Origin: Desulfobacterales bacterium
Lineage (GTDB): Bacteria; Desulfobacterota; Desulfobacteria; Desulfobacterales; JAFDHS01
Direction of reading: 5' to 3'
DNA length: 59,778 nt
Assembly (NCBI GenBank): GCA_030589165.1
Contig: JAUUWG010000001.1
Location: forward strand, 1-59,778
Under the pieces are notes generated by a model. The model had not been told where the DNA came from and made no database searches. It was given only the letters and a program-made list of their open reading frames with translations. Positions 9,807 to 17,917 of this stretch are shown here, in pieces. Within the stretch, counting starts at the first letter, position 1; each line of letters starts with the position of its first letter. Position numbers and translations under genes: made by a program.

Positions 9807-11534
9807 TTATGTGTCTTCAATAATGATTTGTGCTGTTTTGCTGCCGTTCCACCGGTTCCATCGCAGCCTGAATATGATTTGATCAAAGTTTTCTTCCAAA
9901 GGTTTGCCGGTCTCGATGTTGAAATGAATGGCATTTATACTTTTTTGTGTTTTGCCGTGAGGCTGGGTTAAAAGCATGCGTCTATGATTACCACCGACAA
10001 GTGTAGAAGAGGCAACCTTGATATTTCCGGCTGCAAAGAGCGGTTCCTGGTTGTCCGGCCCAAACGGTTGCAAGGATTCAAGCTCGTCGATCAGTTTGTC
10101 TGAAATATGATCAAAATCGAGTTCATAATCGATTAAGAGTTCAGGCACAAAATCATCGGGAGCGGTCATCTTTTCAACAATCGTTTCGAAATTTCTTTGA
10201 AATCGTTCAATATTGGCGGCCTTTATTTTCAGCCCGGCCGCCATCGGATGTCCGCCGAATTTTTCAAGGTCATCGAAACAGGCACAAAATCCTTCGTACA
10301 GATCAAATCCGGGTATACTTCTGGCTGAACCTTTTCCCGCTCCGTCTCGTATCGAGATCAGCACCACAGGACGAAAGTATCTGTTTGCCAGTCTGGAAGC
10401 GACGATTCCCAATACTCCTTCGTTCCATCCTTGTCCGGACAGAACAAGTGCTTTGTTTTCGAGCAGGTGAGGATTTTCATTTAAATGCAAGAGGATTTCT
10501 TCTAAGATTTCTTTTTCACAAGTTTGCCTGAAGGTATTTAATTTGTTCAACGTGACGGCAATTTCTTTGGCGGTGTTAAAATTTTTTTCCGTTAAAAGTT
10601 CAACGGCAATTTTTGCGTGGTCTATCCTGCCTGCCGCGTTTAAGCGGGGTGCCAGCTTAAACGCGATATCTTCCGTTCCTATTGAGTGGGTAGATAACTG
10701 CTTTTTGATTCCGCATACTTCCAGGATGGCTTTTATTCCGGGACGGGTATTCGAGTTGATTACCTCAAGGCCTGTTTTTGTGAGTATGCGGTTATCATCA
10801 ACAAGAGGAACAATGTCGGCGACGGTTCCGAGAGCAACAAGGTCGCAAATATTTTTCAGATTAGGTTCCTGGCGGTCACGCCAAAAATTCTTGTCACGCA
10901 GGTGCTTTCTAAGGCAGATCAGAAGATAAAAAGCCAGGCCGACTCCTGCAAGATTATCAAAACCGGATGTGCAATCACGGCGTTTCGGATTTACAACAGC
11001 AACAGCAGGGGGGAGGGGTTCCGAAATTTTGTGATGATCGGTTATGATGACATCTATACCGGCTTTATGAGCGGCTTTTACGGCGTCATGGCTGTCTGAT
11101 CCGCAGTCTACGGTGATGATAAGGTTTATTCCTTTCGGCAGAGCGTGATTTGGGATATGGTTTGTCTGAAGGCCGTAACCTTCTTTTGATCTGTGGGGAA
11201 TATAGTATGAAACATCTGTACCAAGATATTTGAAAAAATCATAAAGTATTGTTGTCGCTGTGATTCCGTCAACATCATAATCGCCGAAAATCAGAATCTT
11301 TTCATGATTTGTTATGGCGGTATCGATCCGGTTTACCGCAACATCCATATCTTTTATTGAAAATGGAGAGCGTATGGAATTAAGTGAAGGATTAAGGAAA
11401 ACAAATGCTTTTTCCGGGGAAATAATTTTTCGGTTAACAAGGATGGTTGCAGTGACAGGATCGCATTTCAGAGTTTTGCTGAGATGACGAACAATTTCAA
11501 TATCGGGCTGTATGATTTTTCGGTTCTTTTTCAT
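9807..11534 (-). CDS. recJ: ssDNA-specific exonuclease RecJ
   Basis: GDYDVDG, TVDCG, TDHH, GTVADIVPL, PRLNAAGR, GSARS, GGHPMAAG, LQPFG. Confidence 0.97.
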   Translation of the reverse strand: MKKNRKIIQPDIEIVRHLSKTLKCDPVTATILVNRKIISPEKAFVFLNPSLNSIRSPFSIKDMDVAVNRIDTAITNHEKILIFGDYDVDGITATTILYDFFKYLGTDVSYYIPHRSKEGYGLQTNHIPNHALPKGINLIITVDCGSDSHDAVKAAHKAGIDVIITDHHKISEPLPPAVAVVNPKRRDCTSGFDNLAGVGLAFYLLICLRKHLRDKNFWRDRQEPNLKNICDLVALGTVADIVPLVDDNRILTKTGLEVINSNTRPGIKAILEVCGIKKQLSTHSIGTEDIAFKLAPRLNAAGRIDHAKIAVELLTEKNFNTAKEIAVTLNKLNTFRQTCEKEILEEILLHLNENPHLLENKALVLSGQGWNEGVLGIVASRLANRYFRPVVLISIRDGAGKGSARSIPGFDLYEGFCACFDDLEKFGGHPMAAGLKIKAANIERFQRNFETIVEKMTAPDDFVPELLIDYELDFDHISDKLIDELESLQPFGPDNQEPLFAAGNIKVASSTLVGGNHRRMLLTQPHGKTQKSINAIHFNIETGKPLEENFDQIIFRLRWNRWNGSKTAQIIIEDT

Positions 11535-11714
11535 GATGGGGGGATATAGCCTGAAATTGCCTTTGGGACAATACCAAATGCTGATGATCTCCTATTTAAT
11601 TCTTTTTTTATTGAAAAAAAGTGATATATGATTAATTTATAATTTTGCCATTAAATAAACAGGCTCTAATGACCCAAGGGGGCCGATATAGAAAACGGGG
11701 TCTGACGGAATTCT

Positions 11715-11963
11715 TTGGAATCAATTAAAAAATATTACCGTGTCGATCGGAGGGAGATCAGCTTTCTAAGATTTATTTTTGAAGCTTATGACGGCCTTGC
11801 AACCCTGACGACTATAGATCCTGACTCGGGCATTGTGGTATTTTGCATCTCTCCCGGCTGTGAAGAGGATGTGAGAATGATTTTGCAGGATCTTAAAAGA
11901 AATATTATGATTGAATATTTAAAAAAGTGTGAAGTGCCTAAAGTTGAGGAATTCTATCAATAA
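11715..11963 (+). CDS. DUF4911-like small protein; C-terminus supplied by a repeat
   Basis: VDRREISFLRFIFEAYDGLATLTTID; TTG start; lies upstream of miaB. Confidence 0.75.
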   Translation: MESIKKYYRVDRREISFLRFIFEAYDGLATLTTIDPDSGIVVFCISPGCEEDVRMILQDLKRNIMIEYLKKCEVPKVEEFYQ

Positions 11964-11977
11964 CTTTAGTTCACTTT
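11921..11977. repeat. Family A element, internally deleted copy overlapping the 3' end of the DUF4911 gene
   Basis: AAAGTGTGAAGTGCCTAAAGTTGAGGAATTCTATCAA joined directly to TAACTTTAGTTCACTTT. Confidence 0.85.
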
Positions 11978-11996
11978 AAATAGCAGATAAGGTGTG

Positions 11997-13415
11997 ATGA
12001 ATACAAAATATATTTATGTGAATACAATCGGCTGTCAGATGAATGTCTATGACTCCGAGCAGATGATAAAGGTCCTGAAGCCTTTGGGATATGAAAGGAC
12101 CTTGTCCCTGGAGACGGCCGATCTGATTATTGTCAATACCTGTTCGATTAGGAAAAAAGCGGAACAGAAAGCCTTTAGTTTTTTGGGCCGTCTCCCTGAT
12201 CTCAAAAAAAAGAAAGCCGGTTTGATCATCGGAATCAGCGGTTGCGTGGCACAGCAGGAGGGTAAGAAAATTCTGGACCGTTTCCCGTATGTTGATATTA
12301 TTCTCGGAACACATGCCATCGGACGGTTGCCGCAACTTGTCAATCAAATCGAAAAAGAAAGATGCCGTATTGTTGATATCAAAATGTCGGAGGAGATGGA
12401 AGAGCTTGAATGCGCCAACCGATTTCACAGTGGTGATGTTTCAAGCTTTGTAACCATCATGCAGGGTTGTGACAATTTTTGTACCTACTGTGTTGTCCCC
12501 TATGTTCGCGGCCGGGAGAGAAGCCGGGCACCTGAGAATATCATTCAGGAGATTTGCGGTCTTGTTGCGTCCGGCACAAAGGAAGTTACATTGCTGGGCC
12601 AGAATGTGAACAGTTATGGTAAAAAGGAAGGCCTTTGTTCCTTTCCCGAACTCCTGGGTCGTGTCAATGATATAGAGGGGCTTTTGAGGATCAGATTTAC
12701 GACGTCTCACCCAAAGGATCTTTCCGATGAGCTTGTATATGCTTTTAAAGACCTTGAAAAGGTATGCGGCCATTTTCATCTCCCTGTTCAGTGTGGATCA
12801 AACAGAATTTTAAAAAAGATGAACCGGAAATATACCCGGGAGTCGTATCTTGAAAGAGTGGATAAACTTCGTCAGGTACGTCCTGACATTGCAATCACGT
12901 CGGATATGATTGTCGGTTTTCCGGGAGAAACAAGGGCTGATTTTGAAGAAACTTTGGATTTGATAAAAAAAGTTGAATTCGACGGCCTGTTCGCATTTAT
13001 ATATTCAGAACGCCCGAATGCCCCGGCTTCGGCCTTTCCTGATCAAATTGACCTCAAAGAGAAAAAAGAGAGATTGCAGAAATTGCTCGATCTGCAGGAA
13101 GGGTTCACGAAAAAAAAGAACGAAGCATTAGTAGGAAAATCCGAATTTGTCCTTGTTGAGGGCTTGAGCAAAAAACAGAATGAACCCGGTTCGGAAGACA
13201 GACTGCATGATTTTCAGTTGACCGGGCGTACCTCAGGCAACAAGATCGTAAATTTTGTCGGGGATGATACCGGTGTATGCGGTAATGACGTTTTTACGGG
13301 CAGGATAGTTAACGTCAGAATTGAAAAAGCTTTTGCCCATTCACTTTGGGGTAAAGCGCTGAAGAGTGATTTCCCATGTCACGGATTGAAAGGAGATGCA
13401 ACTTATGCTGCATAG
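11997..13415 (+). CDS. miaB: tRNA-2-methylthio-N6-dimethylallyladenosine synthase
   Basis: GCQMNVYDSE, NTCSIR, GCVAQ, GCDNFCTYCVVP, IVGFPGET; C-terminal TRAM domain. Confidence 0.97.
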   Translation: MNTKYIYVNTIGCQMNVYDSEQMIKVLKPLGYERTLSLETADLIIVNTCSIRKKAEQKAFSFLGRLPDLKKKKAGLIIGISGCVAQQEGKKILDRFPYVDIILGTHAIGRLPQLVNQIEKERCRIVDIKMSEEMEELECANRFHSGDVSSFVTIMQGCDNFCTYCVVPYVRGRERSRAPENIIQEICGLVASGTKEVTLLGQNVNSYGKKEGLCSFPELLGRVNDIEGLLRIRFTTSHPKDLSDELVYAFKDLEKVCGHFHLPVQCGSNRILKKMNRKYTRESYLERVDKLRQVRPDIAITSDMIVGFPGETRADFEETLDLIKKVEFDGLFAFIYSERPNAPASAFPDQIDLKEKKERLQKLLDLQEGFTKKKNEALVGKSEFVLVEGLSKKQNEPGSEDRLHDFQLTGRTSGNKIVNFVGDDTGVCGNDVFTGRIVNVRIEKAFAHSLWGKALKSDFPCHGLKGDATYAA

Positions 13416-13902
13416 GGTAAGCATAGCGGGCTTGACCATGGACCAGGCCTCAAATACGCCGATTCTGATATTGAAAACCGTTGAAGGAGATGAGTCGATT
13501 CCCATATGGATCGGCTTGCTTGAAGCCGCTTCCATAGCTTCGGCCCTGCAGAACATCAATTTTGACCGACCGATGACCCATGATCTTTTTAAAAATTTTA
13601 TGAATATTGTAAACATTGAACTCGCCAAGGTTGAAGTGTGTGACCTGAAGGATAGCACTTTTTATGCAAGGATCTATTGTACTTCCGGTGACAAGGAGTT
13701 CAGTCTGGATGCCCGACCCAGTGATGCAATTTCATTAGCCCTTCGATTTAACGCTCCCATATATGTAGAGGAAAAGGTTATTAAAAAATCCGGAATGGTG
13801 GATGCCGGCCCTGAAGTTGTGGACAAAAGTGAAGAAGGGAAAAAATGGGCTGAATATCTTGAAAAACTTTCTCCTGAGGATTTCGGTAAGTACAAAATTT
13901 AA
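13405..13902 (+). CDS. Bifunctional nuclease family protein (DUF151)
   Basis: PIWIG..EA, RPMTHDL, DARPSDAI; start chosen by AAGGAG spacing (alternative 13396). Confidence 0.9.
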   Translation: MLHRVSIAGLTMDQASNTPILILKTVEGDESIPIWIGLLEAASIASALQNINFDRPMTHDLFKNFMNIVNIELAKVEVCDLKDSTFYARIYCTSGDKEFSLDARPSDAISLALRFNAPIYVEEKVIKKSGMVDAGPEVVDKSEEGKKWAEYLEKLSPEDFGKYKI

Positions 13903-13932
13903 TTCTCTTTCGCTCACTTTTCCAGGAGTATA

Positions 13933-14568
13933 ATGATTGATCTGCACACACATACCATTTTCAGCGACGGCGTCTTAATCCCCTCCGAGCTTGCAAGGCG
14001 TGCGGAGAATATGGGATTAAAAGCAATAGGTTTTACCGATCACGGTGATTCATCCAATATCGATTTTATTATTCCCAGGATAGTCGCGGTGGCTGAAGAA
14101 CTGAACGACGTTTTAAAGATAAAGGTCATTCCAGGGATAGAGATTACACATGTTCCTCCCCCTTTAATTGCTGATATTGTCGTAAAGGCACGCGATCTGG
14201 GTGCAAAAATTATTGTGGTTCATGGGGAGACAATTGTCGAGCCCGTTGCTCCCGGCACCAATATCGCTGCACTTAAAGCGGATATCGATATCCTTGCCCA
14301 TCCCGGTTTAATCACTGAGGAAGAAGTTTTACTGGCAAAAGAAAAAGGGGTTTTTCTGGAGATATCAGCCCGAAAGGGGCATTCCCTGACCAATGGGCAC
14401 GTTGCACGCCTGGCCCGAAAAATCGGAGCAAGGCTTGTCATTGATACGGATGCACATGCTCCCGGCGATTTGATTGATGGTGCCATGGCAAGGCGCATTG
14501 TTTGCGGTGCCGGATTGACGGAAAATGATTTTGATATGATGCAGAAAAATGCAGCCTGGTTTTTATGA
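13933..14568 (+). CDS. PHP-domain protein (histidinol-phosphatase-like)
   Basis: DLHTHT, TDH, GIEITH, VHGET, LAHPG, DTDAH. Confidence 0.9.
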   Translation: MIDLHTHTIFSDGVLIPSELARRAENMGLKAIGFTDHGDSSNIDFIIPRIVAVAEELNDVLKIKVIPGIEITHVPPPLIADIVVKARDLGAKIIVVHGETIVEPVAPGTNIAALKADIDILAHPGLITEEEVLLAKEKGVFLEISARKGHSLTNGHVARLARKIGARLVIDTDAHAPGDLIDGAMARRIVCGAGLTENDFDMMQKNAAWFL

Positions 14569-14572
14569 TTTT

Positions 14573-14878
14573 TTATCGGCTTTTCTGCAGACTGCTCCAT
14601 AGGGAAAGTGCAAAATTGAATTTATTTACGACAAGGGCGGCGCATGATAGAAGCCTGACGGAGTCCGGGGTGCGACGCAAAGAGCAGGAACGCCTTGCAT
14701 GAAAGAACATCTGCTCAAAGTCATTTGAAGCAAAGGCAAAAATGGCCTTTTTTCTGTGGAATTCGGCCTTTTCTTCTATATCGATCAGAATTCCGAGGTC
14801 GGTTTTGCATCTGTGGCACACCCTTTTTCCGATATATTTGGCATGGCACGCAGGACATCGTTCCATAATAATTTTCAT
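14573..14878 (-). CDS. Small zinc-ribbon plus helical protein, last gene of the Hsp70 operon
   Basis: CPAC...CHRC followed by TPR-like helices; alternative start 14866. Confidence 0.75.
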   Translation of the reverse strand: MKIIMERCPACHAKYIGKRVCHRCKTDLGILIDIEEKAEFHRKKAIFAFASNDFEQMFFHARRSCSLRRTPDSVRLLSCAALVVNKFNFALSLWSSLQKSR

Positions 14879-14879
14879 C

Positions 14880-14934
14880 CTTTGCGCTTTTTTGCGTTCT
14901 TGGCGGTAAAAAAATAACCGCCAGGCGCGTAAAG
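14880..14934. repeat. Short imperfect palindrome (CTTTGCG/CGCAAAG type)
   Basis: CTTTGCGCTTTTTTGCGTTCTTGGCGGT...ACCGCCAGGCGCGTAAAG. Confidence 0.6.
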
Positions 14935-14938
14935 ATTT

Positions 14939-16693
14939 TTATTCAAGATAAAACAGGATATCCTCCAATTCTTCCCGTAACTTCCGGGCCTTATCAAGAT
15001 CTTTTTCTTTTACGGCGTCCCTGATATCTTCAATAAGATTGATAATTTCATCACGATCCTCAGATGGAGTTGCATCAAGTTGTGACTCGGCCTGGTTTAT
15101 TGTTTCGGCCAGATCGGCCGGCATTCCCCGGTCAATCTCTATCTCTGTTTCCGAAGATACTTCCGCTTCTTCTACAACGCCTTCCGGGCTGCCCCACTCT
15201 GACTCAATTCGCTCTTTTGAGGCAGATAATTCCAGGTCTGTAAATCGGGAAAAGGCATTTTCGATAACCGCGTTAATCTTTTTGCCTGTTTTCTTTTCAA
15301 CAGCCTGAATTTTCAGTATACCGTTCAGATCCAGATCAAAGTTAAGGATGATAACGCTTCCCGCCGGAGCCCTTGTTAAATTAAAAATATACTTGCCTAA
15401 CAGGATGTTATCAAGAGCATCCGGATTTTCTCCTTGAAAGATCTTTATTTCAACCTTTTCCTGGTCGTCTACCATAGTATAGAATGCTTCACTTTTGTTT
15501 GCCGGCAACTTGGTATTGCGGTGAATAAGAGGAACGAATTTGTGCATGTGAGTGATACCGTCTAATTCGTCGATAGCCGATGTGCCGAATGTATACGGTG
15601 TTATATCCAGCAAGACGCTTGAAGAATCGATGCCCATCTCCCTTCCTGCCTGTATTGCGGCGCCAATGGCTACACAAAGATCCGGATCAATCTCACTATG
15701 GGGAATAATGTTAAATTTTTCCTCCAGCATATCGGAAATTTTAGGGATTCTTGTGGACCCTCCTGCCAGGATTATGGTGTCAATGGCCGAAGGGAGCGAT
15801 GATGCGTCCTTAAGTGCCTTGTTTACTGACTCCATTGTTCTTATCAAAGCATCTTCTATCATCTTGTCGAAGTCGGTGCGGGGAAGCTCGAAAGAAAGAT
15901 GAATATCTTTAAAACCTTTTTTGCCGATATGGTCTTCTTCTATTCCGGCATAGGGTTCGGAAGAAAGAGTGATTTTGGCTTTTTCCGCCGCATTTTTCAG
16001 TCTGGCCATGACCACGGGATCACCGGCCACGGTAAGTTTGAGTTCTTTTTCAATATGTTCGACAAGAAGATCAACAATCTTTTGATCAAAATCATCGCCG
16101 CCGAGATGGTTGTCCCCCGTGCTTGAAAGGACTTCCACAATTCCTTGTTCAATTTTGACGATTGATACGTCAAATGTCCCTCCGCCAAGGTCATAAACCA
16201 GAATTCTCTGATTCTTCGGGTTGGTGCTTTCATAAGCAAGGGCCGCTGCCGTAGGTTCATTTATAATCCTTATTACATTGAGCCCGGCAATCGCACCTGC
16301 ATCTCTTGTAGCCTGCCGTTGTGCATCCGTAAAATATGCGGGAACGGTAATGACCGCCTTTGATATCTTTTTGTCTAACAGTTTTTCCGCTCTTTCCTTT
16401 AATGCTTTAAGAATAAAAGCGGAAATTTCCTGGGGCAGGTAGCTTGAATCGTTCATCTGAAACTTTGTTTCAGAGCCCATGAACCTTTTTACCGAAAGGA
16501 CAGTGCGCTCCGGAGCAATTGCAGCCTGATTCCTGGCTTCAATACCAGTAATAATTTTTCCCTCGTTATCAAGTCCCACACAGGAAGGAACGATTCCGTT
16601 ATCCTTGTCTTTTAGTACTTTTGCATTCCCGTCGATAATGAAGGCAATTTCTGAATTTGTAGTTCCAAGATCTATGCCGACTACCGGTTCCAT
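14939..16693 (-). CDS. Specialised Hsp70-family protein (DnaK/HscC-like paralogue)
   Basis: GIDLGTTNS, TVPAYF, INEPTAAALAY, DLGGGTFDVS, LGGDDFD, GGSTRIP, linker VLLDITP; 584 aa with a short C-terminus. Confidence 0.93.
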   Translation of the reverse strand: MEPVVGIDLGTTNSEIAFIIDGNAKVLKDKDNGIVPSCVGLDNEGKIITGIEARNQAAIAPERTVLSVKRFMGSETKFQMNDSSYLPQEISAFILKALKERAEKLLDKKISKAVITVPAYFTDAQRQATRDAGAIAGLNVIRIINEPTAAALAYESTNPKNQRILVYDLGGGTFDVSIVKIEQGIVEVLSSTGDNHLGGDDFDQKIVDLLVEHIEKELKLTVAGDPVVMARLKNAAEKAKITLSSEPYAGIEEDHIGKKGFKDIHLSFELPRTDFDKMIEDALIRTMESVNKALKDASSLPSAIDTIILAGGSTRIPKISDMLEEKFNIIPHSEIDPDLCVAIGAAIQAGREMGIDSSSVLLDITPYTFGTSAIDELDGITHMHKFVPLIHRNTKLPANKSEAFYTMVDDQEKVEIKIFQGENPDALDNILLGKYIFNLTRAPAGSVIILNFDLDLNGILKIQAVEKKTGKKINAVIENAFSRFTDLELSASKERIESEWGSPEGVVEEAEVSSETEIEIDRGMPADLAETINQAESQLDATPSEDRDEIINLIEDIRDAVKEKDLDKARKLREELEDILFYLE

Positions 16694-16711
16694 GATGCAT
16701 CTCCTATTCGT

Positions 16712-17551
16712 TTATTCGTTGACAACAACCTCTGCTGTTTTAAGAACTTCATCTTCACGTACAAAACCACTTATCCGCTCTTCTATCACCACTCCTTTTT
16801 CCATTTCAGGGTTGGAGCCTTTATCCACCGCCTTCATCGTTTTTGGATCAAAGGGTTCTCCTATCGTTTTTACGGGATGAATATCAAACAACGCAAGGGT
16901 ATGGTCAAAGCGCCTTATGGCCATTTCATATCCTTCTATAATACCCTCTATTTCTTGACAACGGCGCCTGAAAAAGCTTTTTGATTCTGCTGCGGCAAGA
17001 CTTGCCTTATGTCCTCGGATCAAAGCGTCTCTTATATCAAGGAAAGGCATGACCGTTTTTTTTTCACTGGAGCGTCTTATCCTTTCTTCAAGTTCCGCAA
17101 GCCCTTTGGATCTGTTTTTAAAAAAATCCGCCGATTTTTGAAAAAGCTTTGCCGAATCTTGAAAAAGGTTTGCCGAATCTTTATATGCATCGATAAGAGG
17201 ATTGAGAGCCTTTAATGTTTTATTCTGCTCCCTGTTTTGCATCTTGATCTCCTGTCTTAATGCGGAAAACTCGGATAAAAGCGTATAAAGATCGCATGAG
17301 TCCATTGTGGTCCCTTCTCCTGGGGGCGGAGAATCCGGAAGATCTTTAAGCCAGAATACAAAATCATCCAAGGCCTTTTTTTTCCAGTCAAAAAGACTCT
17401 CGTCTTTTATCTCGGGTTCTATTCTTTTTGAAAGAAAATCAACAAGGTGCTTTATCAGGGGGAGTATCAGGTTTTTGTCGATTTTATCAATAAAAATTGT
17501 GACTTTATCACGAAAGCCTATAACCCATGGGGGAATTTTTAAAAAACGCAT
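16712..17551 (-). CDS. GrpE-like nucleotide exchange factor with N-terminal extension
   Basis: C-terminal GEPFDPKTMKAV...GFVREDEVLKTAEVVV; coiled-coil middle. Confidence 0.85.
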   Translation of the reverse strand: MRFLKIPPWVIGFRDKVTIFIDKIDKNLILPLIKHLVDFLSKRIEPEIKDESLFDWKKKALDDFVFWLKDLPDSPPPGEGTTMDSCDLYTLLSEFSALRQEIKMQNREQNKTLKALNPLIDAYKDSANLFQDSAKLFQKSADFFKNRSKGLAELEERIRRSSEKKTVMPFLDIRDALIRGHKASLAAAESKSFFRRRCQEIEGIIEGYEMAIRRFDHTLALFDIHPVKTIGEPFDPKTMKAVDKGSNPEMEKGVVIEERISGFVREDEVLKTAEVVVNE

Positions 17552-17848
17552 TTATTTTTTTGCCTCCTGAATCAGTTCCTGCAATCCGGCCCGTCGTCTT
17601 TTTAAAATTTTGGCTTTTGCCAGGGAAAAAAGGGCATCCTCATAATCTTTAGCGTTTAACGCCGCAAAAATTTTTGCTTTTATGCGGCTTCGCTCATCTT
17701 TGATCGCTTCATATGCTTCCGTGATTTGTTGAAATCTTGCCGGATCTTTTTCAGGTGTATGTTTTTTTACCAACTGAATGTAACTATTTCTGATCTCTTC
17801 ATTTGACGCATCAAGTGAAAGACCGAGACAGAGATAATATGTTAACAT
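17552..17848 (-). CDS. Stand-alone J-domain protein with non-canonical HPD motif (HTPE)
   Basis: YYLCLGLSLDASNEEIRNSY...HTPEKD..RFQQITEAYEAIKD. Confidence 0.85.
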   Translation of the reverse strand: MLTYYLCLGLSLDASNEEIRNSYIQLVKKHTPEKDPARFQQITEAYEAIKDERSRIKAKIFAALNAKDYEDALFSLAKAKILKRRRAGLQELIQEAKK

Positions 17849-17917
17849 GAAAATCTCCTGTTATGAAAATGGGGGGTTCGTTCTGACTTCGGCCGGTATC
17901 AGGGTGAACACACAGGT

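Noticed and set aside
14939..16693. Calling this the housekeeping dnaK
   Set aside because: Divergent, shorter, and in an atypical operon with a non-HPD J protein; gene symbol withheld
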